Shown: positions 42,156 through 52,527 of the stretch, piece by piece
Layout of the letters: every line of letters begins with the position of its first letter
Numbering within the stretch: position 1 is the stretch's first letter
Virus record (IMG/VR): IMGVR_UViG_3300029913_000001
Source: a virus
Taxonomy: Duplodnaviria; Caudoviricetes
Strand: one strand, 5' to 3'
DNA: 64,000 bases
Notes under the pieces: model-generated
The model's database searches: none
Told to the model about the DNA's origin: nothing
What the model saw: only the letters and a program-made list of their open reading frames with translations
Translations under genes and position numbers: made by a program

Positions 42156-42266
42156 TATAATTCTCCATTACCACATTAATTTTGAATTTTTCAATTCATT
42201 TGATAGTATTTATACAGATCAATTAAAAACTACTATTTAAGTGATTTTACACCACTTCGGTTTAAT

Positions 42267-42821
42267 CTATTCTTCACGTGTATCCATCAATTTTTGTAGT
42301 AACACTAGAACATCGCATCGATAATTTTGCTTACGTAATTGCTGATATAATCTATCTCCTTTTTGCTTTTTTTCTGACCATGTTAGATATTCGCCGCTAT
42401 CAACAATATCACGCCTCAGGGAAATCAATGTATTATTTTTAATCTTTAAAATACTTTGCAATTTAATAAAAAGTGTGCGTTTCATTGTATTCGGCATAGT
42501 ATCATACTTAAAATTTTTAAGATACCTCTTCAACTCTAATACCGGAATAGAAACATCGCGTTCATCAAGATATTGTTTTGCATTCTTCAACGTTGCAATT
42601 ACATTACATAGATCGGTTCCGGAAAGATAAATTCTATCGAACATTGGATATTTAACCGAATCAAGTGCATAGGCGTCGGTTTCACGAATAAATCTTGTTA
42701 GCCCCAATAAATGCAACGTTAGCAGCATTGTAAAAAATATTTCGGATAATTCAGCAACCGAATAATTTTCCATTGTTTGCTCGTTACGAAATGCTTTAGA
42801 TTCAGAAATAAATTCAAACAT
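42267..42821 (-). CDS. Hypothetical late protein
   Basis: MFEFISES start; translationally coupled to the upstream gene. Confidence 0.7.
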   Translation of the reverse strand: MFEFISESKAFRNEQTMENYSVAELSEIFFTMLLTLHLLGLTRFIRETDAYALDSVKYPMFDRIYLSGTDLCNVIATLKNAKQYLDERDVSIPVLELKRYLKNFKYDTMPNTMKRTLFIKLQSILKIKNNTLISLRRDIVDSGEYLTWSEKKQKGDRLYQQLRKQNYRCDVLVLLQKLMDTREE

Positions 42822-43972
42822 TAAAGATGCCTCATAAACGTCGGACGATCAACTAATTTAATCTTACCGTAAGGAGTAGAACTTACAAACCCCTCGTGAC
42901 CGGGAATTCCATTTAATGATGCGGTAATGTTTCCTGGAACCTTATCAAATTCGTGTTTAATAATATTCTTAATCATTACTGTTGCTAGAATTATTTTGCA
43001 AATTGCCAGGTACCCATCTTTATTTTCTAGTAAATATTTTTTAATATTTTCGGCTTTTGTTTTAGATACCTTTCTATCCAAAAAAGATTTAAATTCAAAA
43101 GTAATATTTTTATCTGGCTTTTTTCCTTGACTAGCTAAATTTGCTAAAAACGATTTTAACAAACTGCCTAAATCAGTTATTTTTAAACTACTAAGAAGGG
43201 TCTTATTAAGAAATGCATCAATTACGGTCTGCTTTGAGTTAATAAATTGTAATAAATCCCGGCAGGGTTTTAACGCAGACGGAACAATTTTTTCTCCGAC
43301 CGTAGTTGGGCCAAGTATAACTAGTCCGGGAGAGGGGTTAAGGTGCAATTCTTTTAAGTCTGTTATTGCAATTGGTTCCATTTCTAGAGGGGAATTAAAA
43401 TAACTATGCACCACAATTCCCATCTGAGAATTAGCTATTTTAATTCCCATCTCAGAATTTACAGGCACTGAGTAATTAATTTTATTTGGTTTAAATTTAA
43501 AGGTTCTATTATCATCTTTTCCATACTGTATCGGACGAGTGAACCATAGAACATCAAACTGAATAAACCCCTTAAAGTTAACAGGTAATGCTCGATCCAA
43601 TAAAGGAAATAATCCTGCAAAACTTTTACTAAAAATATCTCTGCCGGGTGAACCGGGAAATCGATCAAACATCATATTATATAAATCTTTTTCGGACATA
43701 GGCAAGCCGCCCATATCATATTTTGCAAATCCTTTTTTATCGGTAAGTGTAAATTTTCCGTGTACTCTTCCTGCAATTCCAGCAGGGGCGCCGTCCCACT
43801 TAATTTGAGATAATTTTGGAGTTGTCGCCGCAGCAAGTAAGGAATTAACAGCGGACTTAGCGCCCAACGAACCATCGCTGCATACTAAATCTTCCGGATG
43901 TTCTATTCTCGATTTCGCTTCGAATAATATTTGCTTCGGCCCATATTGTTTTTGTATCTCTGTTAGTATCAT
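42821..43972 (-). CDS. ATP-dependent ligase-fold (covalent nucleotidyltransferase) hypothetical protein
   Basis: KWDG (motif I), HEGFV (motif IV) and KLVDR (motif V). Confidence 0.6.
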   Translation of the reverse strand: MILTEIQKQYGPKQILFEAKSRIEHPEDLVCSDGSLGAKSAVNSLLAAATTPKLSQIKWDGAPAGIAGRVHGKFTLTDKKGFAKYDMGGLPMSEKDLYNMMFDRFPGSPGRDIFSKSFAGLFPLLDRALPVNFKGFIQFDVLWFTRPIQYGKDDNRTFKFKPNKINYSVPVNSEMGIKIANSQMGIVVHSYFNSPLEMEPIAITDLKELHLNPSPGLVILGPTTVGEKIVPSALKPCRDLLQFINSKQTVIDAFLNKTLLSSLKITDLGSLLKSFLANLASQGKKPDKNITFEFKSFLDRKVSKTKAENIKKYLLENKDGYLAICKIILATVMIKNIIKHEFDKVPGNITASLNGIPGHEGFVSSTPYGKIKLVDRPTFMRHL

Positions 43973-44245
43973 TTACTTGCTCTCTTGAATTTTCTTGATT
44001 CCACGACAAAACTTATTAGAATTTCTATGACGAATACTGCTCAATAAATTCTTTTCTAATTCTTCCGAGGTGGCAGCATCATAACATTCGGCAATAGTAT
44101 CTAATAATGCAATTGCGCTAGCGATAATGTGAGATCCGCGAGATTCAATTACAAAAGAATTATCTCGTTCGGAAGATAACTCGATGAGTGACTCAAGAAG
44201 TGATTTGGTTTGACTATGCATAATTGTATTTATATTAGCAAATGA

Positions 44246-44275
44246 AAAAGGACAACCAGTACTGGTTGTCCTTTT
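44246..44275. terminator. Intrinsic terminator (perfect 30-bp palindrome)
   Basis: AAAAGGACAACCAGTACTGGTTGTCCTTTT. Confidence 0.8.
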
Positions 44276-44288
44276 GTTGAAATTTAAA

Positions 44289-45143
44289 TTATTTTTCGAA
44301 AAATGTATCGATAACTCCAGATGCTATATTAAGTCTAGGATGATCTTTATGCACAAAAAATCTATCAACCGTTCCTTTAACCAATTCAAACTTATCCGGC
44401 AAAACTGTTCCGTCTCTCAAAAGCATCTTGTAATCTCGGTCAACGAAAAATTTAACAATTTCGTCAACGGTATGACCATACCTCTTAAACTGAGCAGGAA
44501 TCATTTCGGCTTGAACAATTGGCTTCCACTTGGCAATAGTATCTTCCGCACCCTGTAATACATTATACTCGAATCCTTCAACATCCATCTTAATTATATC
44601 AACATCTTGAAAATTATATGAATCTAAAGTTTCGATTGTAATCGTATACTTTTCTGGCTCTACTTTTGGTGCTCGAGAATTAATTCTCGACGGTGTTACA
44701 AAATTATGGCCAGAATTATTCTTTTGCACAACAATTTCTGAAGTCGTATGTGTATTTCCAACACCAACCTGGTATGTATGGATATTAGCGGTGATTGTCA
44801 TATCAGCCCAACTTTCTCCGACTTTATACCAACCCTTTTTAAAATCTGATTGCGGTTGCGCTTTAGCAATATCGATATTTGCCCTAGCAATATCGTACGT
44901 TTGCGGTGTTGGTTCAAAACTATGAACATCCTTGGCCCATGTACCATATTCAATGGTATTAGTTCCGATGTTCATGCCAACATCAATAATAGTTCTTGCG
45001 TCAGGGCAAAAATCACGCAAAAATTTTAAATTTTTACCCTGAAACGGGCCGCCCGCTAATCGCTGCCTAAAAAATGTATCGTTCTGATAGAACCAGAATT
45101 TTCTACCGCATGAATTTGTTATTTGATCAATTAGTTCCTGCAT
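44289..45143 (-). CDS. FkbM-family SAM-dependent methyltransferase
   Basis: IDVGMNIG, SFEP, TLDSY, IKMDVEGFEYNVLQGA. Confidence 0.9.
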   Translation of the reverse strand: MQELIDQITNSCGRKFWFYQNDTFFRQRLAGGPFQGKNLKFLRDFCPDARTIIDVGMNIGTNTIEYGTWAKDVHSFEPTPQTYDIARANIDIAKAQPQSDFKKGWYKVGESWADMTITANIHTYQVGVGNTHTTSEIVVQKNNSGHNFVTPSRINSRAPKVEPEKYTITIETLDSYNFQDVDIIKMDVEGFEYNVLQGAEDTIAKWKPIVQAEMIPAQFKRYGHTVDEIVKFFVDRDYKMLLRDGTVLPDKFELVKGTVDRFFVHKDHPRLNIASGVIDTFFEK

Positions 45144-45150
45144 TTATCTC

Positions 45151-45555
45151 CTAATGAATTACAATTTGCCTACGATTATCACACCCGGTCCCAAATAAAT
45201 TAACTCCTTTTTGCGAATAAGATCTACAATCGTCTGTGGATTATTTTCAAAATATAGCCACAGATCATCTTCCGTTAAGTCGAGACTTGTGCTTATCGAA
45301 TAAATTTCATAACTACGTTGACCATTAAATCTTGCTCGCAGCTTAAGCATATGAATTATTTCGCTTCGTTCTCGAGTATATTTATCATATACAATTGGAG
45401 GCTCATCCGATGGTAGCCCATCAGAACAGTCTTCCGAAAAAACGAGCAATAAGGAGTTGGGATTCTTCTTCCTTGATAATATTCATATCAATCGGAACAA
45501 TAGCATCGAGCCCCTCTTCGCACCACATTACAACAAATAGATTTTCAGTTTTCAT
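45151..45555 (-). pseudogene. Conserved hypothetical gene broken by two homopolymer indels
   Basis: An extra base in the run at 45437-45442 and a missing base in the run at 45208-45212 join MKTENLFVVMW... to ...LRARFNGQRSYEIY...KKGVNLFG...QIVIH*. Confidence 0.55.
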
Positions 45556-45797
45556 AATTTTCTTTCTATATTCAAGAGGTAAGTAATAAGCAGGACAACA
45601 ATCAGTCGACGAGATATTTCGTCTTTCAACAGCCAAAATGCAATAAACAACGATGTGCGTATTCCTAGGAGCAATAATCAAATTTTTATTTGGCCTAGAT
45701 ATTGCACGCAAGTTGAATTCATCGTATCCCAAAGGATCGAAGATAGCCTATCCTCATCCCCTCTTAAATATATCGCGGCAGTAAACTGCCGAGATGT

Positions 45798-46358
45798 CTA
45801 AATGATATTATACTTCGATAATAACGCAGCGGTTTCTACCGAAAGATCGATAGAATTAATAATATTAATCCCGAGAATTTCGTCATTCAATTTCTGCTTT
45901 TCTTTAGTAAAGGTTGCGATATTAGCTTCAAACTCAGCAATCTTACTCTGGGTAAGAACGCCGGTTTGTAGAGTATCCCGATACGCATAATTTACCGAGT
46001 CGGCATTTTTAAGACGGGACAATTTTCCGTCAACCACGGTGGAATCCTCTCTAGCCGAGGATGCTGCGAGCAATCGATACATTAGAATTTTCTTTTCAAG
46101 TGAGACTAATGCAGCTAACTTTCGATTAACACCATACGATGCATTAGCGCTTCCCAATGAGGTTCGAATCTCGTAAAACGCATCGAATAGATCCTCTTTT
46201 AGCTTAATGTTGGCCAGCAACTTATCCGAAGCGGCACGAATTACTTCCCCCGGTGCTTGAAACTCATTAATCGATACAGTCGTTGCGAGCTCGATCGAAT
46301 TAATTTTATCCATAATTACTGCCTGAACTGCTGAAGCCTTACGCAAGGTCAAATTCAT
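45798..46358 (-). CDS. Coiled-coil hypothetical protein
   Basis: MNLTLRKASAVQ start; TTGACA-17-TATACT promoter upstream. Confidence 0.7.
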   Translation of the reverse strand: MNLTLRKASAVQAVIMDKINSIELATTVSINEFQAPGEVIRAASDKLLANIKLKEDLFDAFYEIRTSLGSANASYGVNRKLAALVSLEKKILMYRLLAASSAREDSTVVDGKLSRLKNADSVNYAYRDTLQTGVLTQSKIAEFEANIATFTKEKQKLNDEILGINIINSIDLSVETAALLSKYNII

Positions 46359-46408
46359 GTTATTCTCCTAAACTTATGAAATAAGTATACATCATGTTAA
46401 TTGATTTG

Positions 46409-47785
46409 TCAAGAATTAGATTTATTAATCTGTGCCATTAATGTTTTAAGCAAATCTTTTTTATCGCCCATCGACGTAACCTGCGGTGTCGATTTTGGCG
46501 CATTCTTTATCTGTGCTAAAATATTGGTTCCAGTCATTGCCGATTCGGATGGCTGCCCACCAGTGGCATCGGTAATTCTGAGTGAATCGACGTTAAAATC
46601 TAAATCAACCTTATTGCCTACACCAGAACTATTTCTAGTTTTAAGCATCTGGAGTTGAATTAATCCTCTTTCTTTCATTATTCTGCTGGTATAGATACCG
46701 AACATGTTATCGCATGAATTTGCTTTGGAAATACCACCGGCAACATTACCAAGATTAAAATCGATCTCGTCAAACGAACTACGATTTAATTGGCTCGCTG
46801 AAGCGATGACTGCTTTTAATTCAATCCCAAAATTACGAAGCCCTTCCGACACAAGTTTGTCCTTAACAAAAAAATCCCCAAGATCAATTTTTGAGTTTGG
46901 ATTAATCAAATCAAGATAATCGACACAAATAAAATCAGGTTTATAATTTTCTTGAATCATTAATTCTTTTACATAAGCCCGAATATCATTTACCGTACTA
47001 CCGGATGGTAAAAATTTAATCTTTAACCTTCCTGATTTTTTACCGGCTATTGCAACTTTTAACTCAACATCATCCAATTTGCGGAAAATTTCCTTACTAC
47101 TAATACCGGTAATCATACTATCAATGCGCATTGCAACTAATTCTTGGCTTAGTTCGAGCGTAATATAAATTCCGTTCATGCCTTTAGATATCCAATTACA
47201 TGCTAGATTTTGAAGCACGACGGATTTTCCACTTCCAGGTCCACCACAAAAAATTTCTAGCTCGCCGCGATTAAATCCACCAAAAATAAAACGATCAATT
47301 TCAGTCCAACCGGTTGACACCTGCCCATTACTGTCTTTCAATTTTAATAGTCTAGCCTTGGGATCCTCAAAATAATTAATGCCCAAATCTCTAGTAAGAC
47401 TAATTTGAACTGCGTCTTTAATTAATTTTTCTACGGATCCAAAATCATCTTTATCTAATAGATCAACTGATTTAACAATAGCTCTAGTTAATTCTGCTTT
47501 TTTTGTAAATTGCTCAAAATCATCTAGTAAAAAATTTTCAGCCGATTCTTGAATATTATCAATCAAGGTCAGATTCGTTCCGGTTTTAACTAATACCTGT
47601 TCAACCGACGGAATAGCCGAATATTTTTGTGTATATTCTTGTATAAAGGTGGCTGCACCTTTAAGAGATCTATCAAAATTTTCAGGGTTAAAAATATTTT
47701 GAGCCCGTGTAAAAAGTTCGCCGCTACTAAGAAAAAAGTCTAAATAATATTTTTGTGTCTCAACATTGGTTTCTTTTACTGCCAT
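46409..47785 (-). CDS. Replicative DNA helicase (T4 gp41/DnaB-like)
   Basis: STGW, GGPGSGKS Walker A, ITLEL, VDYLDL, ASQLNR, KTRNSSG. Confidence 0.93.
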   Translation of the reverse strand: MAVKETNVETQKYYLDFFLSSGELFTRAQNIFNPENFDRSLKGAATFIQEYTQKYSAIPSVEQVLVKTGTNLTLIDNIQESAENFLLDDFEQFTKKAELTRAIVKSVDLLDKDDFGSVEKLIKDAVQISLTRDLGINYFEDPKARLLKLKDSNGQVSTGWTEIDRFIFGGFNRGELEIFCGGPGSGKSVVLQNLACNWISKGMNGIYITLELSQELVAMRIDSMITGISSKEIFRKLDDVELKVAIAGKKSGRLKIKFLPSGSTVNDIRAYVKELMIQENYKPDFICVDYLDLINPNSKIDLGDFFVKDKLVSEGLRNFGIELKAVIASASQLNRSSFDEIDFNLGNVAGGISKANSCDNMFGIYTSRIMKERGLIQLQMLKTRNSSGVGNKVDLDFNVDSLRITDATGGQPSESAMTGTNILAQIKNAPKSTPQVTSMGDKKDLLKTLMAQINKSNS

Positions 47786-48780
47786 TCGTTTTTGCCCGCC
47801 CGCAATCGATTCAACATTAATTTCTGAGTTACCTTAATTTTTGTTGGACTGTTAGTTGCATTATTCAAAATATGCTTTATAACAAACAGCCGTCCATATT
47901 TAACATATGCTTTATTAATATCTTTAAAATCCCATTCCGGAAAAGATACAGCCCAATCATTGTCAATTGCGGTTTCAATTAAACTTGTTTTTGTATTTGA
48001 TAATCCCGTGATATCTAAATCAGGAACTACAATAATTCTAGTGTGTAAATCATGAATAAGATTTGTTTGCGCATCATTAATTTCGTTATGCATTACCGCC
48101 AACCCATTAACGCTTAATGCGTCGAATAACCCTTCCGACAAAATTACCCATTCATATTTGGGTTTTACAAAATCTAACCCAAATACAAAATCAGTGGTTT
48201 GTTTCATTATGAAACGTTTTTTATCGGCTGGTATAATGGATCTAGCAGAATATCCAATGATAGTATCTTGCAAAATAAAAGGAAGTATAACTCGATTTCG
48301 ATACCCTACATCATCGGAAACTAAGAACGGGAAATCATCGTACGAAAATCCGCGCGATTCTAAATATTCAATGTGCTTCTTATATGCTGATGGGTTTTCG
48401 TATAATAATGAAGAATTTGGCAAATCAATCGATTTGATTTGCTGTGTTGGTTTAACAACAACTGCATTTGAGCCAACGATCTTAAGATTTGCTAATTTTA
48501 ACTGAGCAATAGTATTTTCATCTACACCGAGCCAAGTTAGAAATTTTTCAAACTTAGGATATAATGATCTGCCCGATTGATAAGAACAAGAATAAGAACA
48601 GTTAAAACAGTGGTAAACTATTGTATCGCCATCTATCTTTAACCCGCCACGACCTCGTTTATCAATGGTCTGGCCACGATGTTCGCAGCAAACAGCATTA
48701 CGGCAACTCCACCCATTCGGACTGGTTTTAACTTTTGCATTATTCCAGTAATTCAACACGGTCTGAGTTATTGCGTTCAT
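47776..48780 (-). CDS. DNA primase (T4 gp61-like)
   Basis: Cys zinc-binding region (CC...CFNC), TOPRIM SEGLFDAL, PDLD, KDIN. Confidence 0.9.
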   Translation of the reverse strand: MNAITQTVLNYWNNAKVKTSPNGWSCRNAVCCEHRGQTIDKRGRGGLKIDGDTIVYHCFNCSYSCSYQSGRSLYPKFEKFLTWLGVDENTIAQLKLANLKIVGSNAVVVKPTQQIKSIDLPNSSLLYENPSAYKKHIEYLESRGFSYDDFPFLVSDDVGYRNRVILPFILQDTIIGYSARSIIPADKKRFIMKQTTDFVFGLDFVKPKYEWVILSEGLFDALSVNGLAVMHNEINDAQTNLIHDLHTRIIVVPDLDITGLSNTKTSLIETAIDNDWAVSFPEWDFKDINKAYVKYGRLFVIKHILNNATNSPTKIKVTQKLMLNRLRAGKNEWQ

Positions 48781-48816
48781 TTAACAATGATAACATAACT
48801 CAGTAACAGAAGTCTA

Positions 48817-49608
48817 TTAAATTCTTATATTACCATTGGTAACAAAAGTTGAAACAATAACGTTACCGTTACCAGTTGGATCCGCGCTATCTAGAAGAAA
48901 TCTAGTCCAGGCAAACGACCCGATAACTGATTGCATCACATAACCAGATGTATTCGAATAATATGTAGCCGAAACATTACCCCAATCTAAATTCGTTGGA
49001 ATTGATGTTAGTGTTCCTTGTGCTACCACATTTCCGGTATAAGCGATCAGATTGCAAGACATTGTAGCAACTGTCGAATTTATAGGTCTAGTCATTAAAT
49101 TAATTTGATTACTAACTACCCCTATGCCCGGGGTATCAAGAAAAGTTAATGGCATTGGATCCTGCATTCCCATCGTGGGCCCTTTCCGGAGAGATGTCTT
49201 TAATCTACTGCCAAAGAAATCATTAATATAAACTGGATAAACATTTCCGGTATTATCTAGAGCAGACAATGCAATCTCATAATCACCTACTTCAAACGGT
49301 GCGAGATCAGAGGAGGTCAACGTTGCTTGAACAACGCCGTTTGCAGTATCTATCGGAGATGCAATAATTGAAACTAATTCATTCTCGGTATTCGGTTCAA
49401 ATAGGCCAAACTGAATTGACACATTCGACACATCGATTTTCTTTTGATCAGAATTTAAACAAGTAATTTTAATAGGATTATTCACGCCCGTATAAATTAC
49501 AATAGGATTCGAATACATAAACACCTCTGAGCACTCTGCAATATTATCGAAACCGACCACCTGAGCTCTTATATGGTTCTTCTCGGGATATACCTTAATC
49601 GTTTGCAT
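48817..49608 (-). CDS. Probable virion (baseplate/Ig-like) protein
   Basis: Beta-rich sequence; ATAAATA late motif at 49613-49619. Confidence 0.5.
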   Translation of the reverse strand: MQTIKVYPEKNHIRAQVVGFDNIAECSEVFMYSNPIVIYTGVNNPIKITCLNSDQKKIDVSNVSIQFGLFEPNTENELVSIIASPIDTANGVVQATLTSSDLAPFEVGDYEIALSALDNTGNVYPVYINDFFGSRLKTSLRKGPTMGMQDPMPLTFLDTPGIGVVSNQINLMTRPINSTVATMSCNLIAYTGNVVAQGTLTSIPTNLDWGNVSATYYSNTSGYVMQSVIGSFAWTRFLLDSADPTGNGNVIVSTFVTNGNIRI

Positions 49609-49690
49609 ATATTATTTATCCAAACAAAATTTTAAATGACAGATATAAATACTTCGGTTACACATTAAATCTTAATTATAACGGAAGATA

Positions 49691-50068
49691 ATGAATCCTA
49701 ATCTATTTGAAACCCTTACCGCAAAATTTCCATTCCTATCGGTTATTTTATATGGGGTAAAGCAAGACGAATTTATCGGTATTGTGCAAAACATCGATAC
49801 ATCTATTACTAGTTTCTATGATGTTAACAAATTAAAAACAGATGACGAAAAACGTTTATTTCTGTTACTCGGAGAGAAATGGTATTTTGAATCTAATCGG
49901 CAACTGCCTATTAATATCTATCTTAAAGATGAATGGCTACCATTTAAAAAAATATTTCGAACTTTTATATCTAAAGAAGTCACCATAATTCATGGGCCAG
50001 TTACGAGTTTATCAAATCTTGCGCAAAAGAAACGGCGACGCAATATAACAGTTATCAAAAAATTATAA
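49691..50068 (+). CDS. Conserved hypothetical protein
   Basis: TATAAATA at 49644-49651, RBS, convergent with 50063. Confidence 0.75.
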   Translation: MNPNLFETLTAKFPFLSVILYGVKQDEFIGIVQNIDTSITSFYDVNKLKTDDEKRLFLLLGEKWYFESNRQLPINIYLKDEWLPFKKIFRTFISKEVTIIHGPVTSLSNLAQKKRRRNITVIKKL

Positions 50069-50635
50069 CTCTTGCTCTTCTAATAATCGAATATTTAAAC
50101 CAACGAGTATGGAGTATGCTAGACCGTGACTACGTTTAAACATATATCCATCGGCATCTCTGTCCCATACGGTCTTTTCAACCTCGGACCAAGGTTTACC
50201 TAGCAAATGTTTTTTGCCAGGTCGGATACACGAAAGAAACATCGATAATTTTTCTATAGAATTAATCGGCTCCGGCAATCGTTGAATAATTTCTGCATAA
50301 TTACCGATATGAATAAGTTTAGATACAAAGTTCTTATCCAATAATTTTTCCCAATGAATCGGACGTGCAAGCAATTCATCTAAGTGTTCTGGATTTTTAA
50401 CTAAACTATATAAATGATTATTAAGTATATCTAATTTTACATATCCTAACTCTTCAGCTACCTTATAATTAATACTAGCTGTTCCGGTTATAATATTTTG
50501 TGGAATAATCGTTACATAAATTCCGGAATTGTGTCGCTCGCCGTTCTCTAACGACGCCGGAGTATAATCAATACAAGATAAAATCTTATTTCGATCACCG
50601 AAATCAAGATCGACATCGCTACTAAAATGGGTCAT
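50063..50635 (-). CDS. Miniature DnaE (C-family polymerase palm-like) protein
   Basis: SDVDLDF, HNSGIYV, GYVKLDILN, IRPG and FKRSHGLAY correspond to DnaE motifs PDFDVDF, HAGGV, GLVKFDFLG, RPG and FNKSHSAAY. Confidence 0.8.
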   Translation of the reverse strand: MTHFSSDVDLDFGDRNKILSCIDYTPASLENGERHNSGIYVTIIPQNIITGTASINYKVAEELGYVKLDILNNHLYSLVKNPEHLDELLARPIHWEKLLDKNFVSKLIHIGNYAEIIQRLPEPINSIEKLSMFLSCIRPGKKHLLGKPWSEVEKTVWDRDADGYMFKRSHGLAYSILVGLNIRLLEEQEL

Positions 50636-51420
50636 AATCCCGCTTCTGAACATATGGCAGTTATCTGGTTTTTTGAATCTTTTAAATTATTAAATCGAAA
50701 ATTCCATCGTTCAATATTAATAACCGGCCAAATAATCTCTAAATCATTAGAAGTAATTGTAGAAAGCCATCCTTGCCCGCTTTGGCAACAATACACAACC
50801 CACCCACTAACAAGTGCGCGTGATATATCAAATAAAATTCTAGCGCCTCCTGCTAGGCGAAAATAATTTTCGTATGGTTGCTTATTTTCTTCTGCCCACA
50901 CGATCATAGTCTTGATCGACCTATCTAATGCATCCCATTCATCTTCAATGAATACCATATCTTGTAGCCAGCAATTATATATTGCATCTAAATTCCATCG
51001 ATCGATAGATACTTTCGAATCTATAAGCCATTTAAGATACGATGTAGGATTGAAACAATGCACGTCAATAATAAATCTACCCCATCTCATGCAGGCAAGA
51101 TAAAATTCACTATGGCGGAATTCTTCCTCGGTAAAATTGTCATTACCGTGAAAAGAACGGATCGCCATGTAGGCTTGACGACCATATCGACCATGTACAG
51201 TATCTTTTTGATCAAATCGTCTTCGCTGCTCACATAAATGAACAATTAACGTTTTTTCCTGGGAAAAAGATCTTTTGCAAAATTTACAGGTAAATTTTCC
51301 ATCCTGCCCTAGTACAACGGGAGATTTTTTAACTTTTGGGTTAATATATTTAGGCTTACGTATCTTTACCTCAATTTTTTCAGCGTCTCCGGCTGAATTC
51401 CCTGCTCTTCGTCCAGCCAT
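50632..51420 (-). CDS. C2H2 zinc-finger-containing hypothetical protein
   Basis: CKFCKRSFSQEKTLIVHLC. Confidence 0.75.
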   Translation of the reverse strand: MAGRRAGNSAGDAEKIEVKIRKPKYINPKVKKSPVVLGQDGKFTCKFCKRSFSQEKTLIVHLCEQRRRFDQKDTVHGRYGRQAYMAIRSFHGNDNFTEEEFRHSEFYLACMRWGRFIIDVHCFNPTSYLKWLIDSKVSIDRWNLDAIYNCWLQDMVFIEDEWDALDRSIKTMIVWAEENKQPYENYFRLAGGARILFDISRALVSGWVVYCCQSGQGWLSTITSNDLEIIWPVINIERWNFRFNNLKDSKNQITAICSEAGL

Positions 51421-51857
51421 TTAATAATTTCCTCTTTACTCTTAATCTTAAGAATCAAATCAATATCGCTTGTTTTACTCATTGGTAATAATTCTAGCAA
51501 TAACTTTTTCAATGGATTAATTGAATCCCGCTTGTTTGCGCCAAGCCAATAATGTTTCTGCTTACCCAATCCTGGAGATATCGCGCATAAACTCAACCAA
51601 CCAATTTTCTTATCTTTACTTAAATCCCAAAAATTCTGATTTGAAAATGTGTTCGCCGCCATGACATAATATTTTGATAATTCATCCCCGCCTTGAACTG
51701 ACGCAGCCCAACGTAGCAGAATATACGGTGAAAAGATTTTCTTTTCCTCGTCAGTTAATCGATCATAAAAAGTGTAATCCTTTTTATCTAAAGCCGACAT
51801 TTCGTTCCAAATTGCAAGTGGAGAATTGGAATCTTGTTTGCCTTTTTCTTTTGCCAT
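51366..51857 (-). CDS. Probable clamp-loader small subunit (gp62-like)
   Basis: FSPYILLRW...NTFSN...HYWL pattern and replication-module context. Confidence 0.5.
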   Translation of the reverse strand: MAKEKGKQDSNSPLAIWNEMSALDKKDYTFYDRLTDEEKKIFSPYILLRWAASVQGGDELSKYYVMAANTFSNQNFWDLSKDKKIGWLSLCAISPGLGKQKHYWLGANKRDSINPLKKLLLELLPMSKTSDIDLILKIKSKEEIIKWLDEEQGIQPETLKKLR

Positions 51858-51909
51858 ATACTAATTATAACTAATTCCTTTTTCTACGTCAAGAGATAAA
51901 TATTGTATA

Positions 51910-52527
51910 ATGAAAATTACCGAATTATATCGACCAAAACTCGGAAAAAATTTAGAAGCCCCGGCATTTGATTATTTTAAAAAGAGCCACAAAACATCAG
52001 ACTATGACTATGAGAAGCGACAAGACCTTCAACAAGAGTTGAGAGATAAATTAAAATCCCTCGGGTGGAAACATTTAAATTCCGGAGTCTATAGTTCAGT
52101 GTTTTCAAATCCAACAAAATCTTTTGTACTTAAAATTAATAAGCGCCCAGATCCCGGCTATCAACGATACGTTAATATTGTTAAATCTCATCGAAATAAA
52201 CATTTTCCAATTATAAGCGATATTAAAAAGATGGAAATAGCCGGTAATATCTATTATGTTTATTTAATTGAAAAATTAATATCCATTCCAGCTAAAATGG
52301 CATTTAATTATGAACGCTGGTTCGACTCTATTATAACAAAACCCGGTATTCCATTGGAAAAATTATTTTGGAATAATGTTCCAATTATATTTAAAAAACA
52401 ACCAGGATTATTGAAAGCACTTCAAATAGTAGAACAATCGGCTATCTCGGAAAGCATTGACCTACACAGTAAAAACATGATGAAAAGGGCCGATGGCACT
52501 ATTATTATTACTGATCCATATGTTTAG
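51910..52527 (+). CDS. Protein-kinase-like protein (T7 gp0.7-like), paralogue 1
   Basis: SGVYSSVF glycine-loop-like segment, VLKI, IEKL, DLHSKN catalytic loop, ITDP. Confidence 0.8.
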   Translation: MKITELYRPKLGKNLEAPAFDYFKKSHKTSDYDYEKRQDLQQELRDKLKSLGWKHLNSGVYSSVFSNPTKSFVLKINKRPDPGYQRYVNIVKSHRNKHFPIISDIKKMEIAGNIYYVYLIEKLISIPAKMAFNYERWFDSIITKPGIPLEKLFWNNVPIIFKKQPGLLKALQIVEQSAISESIDLHSKNMMKRADGTIIITDPYV

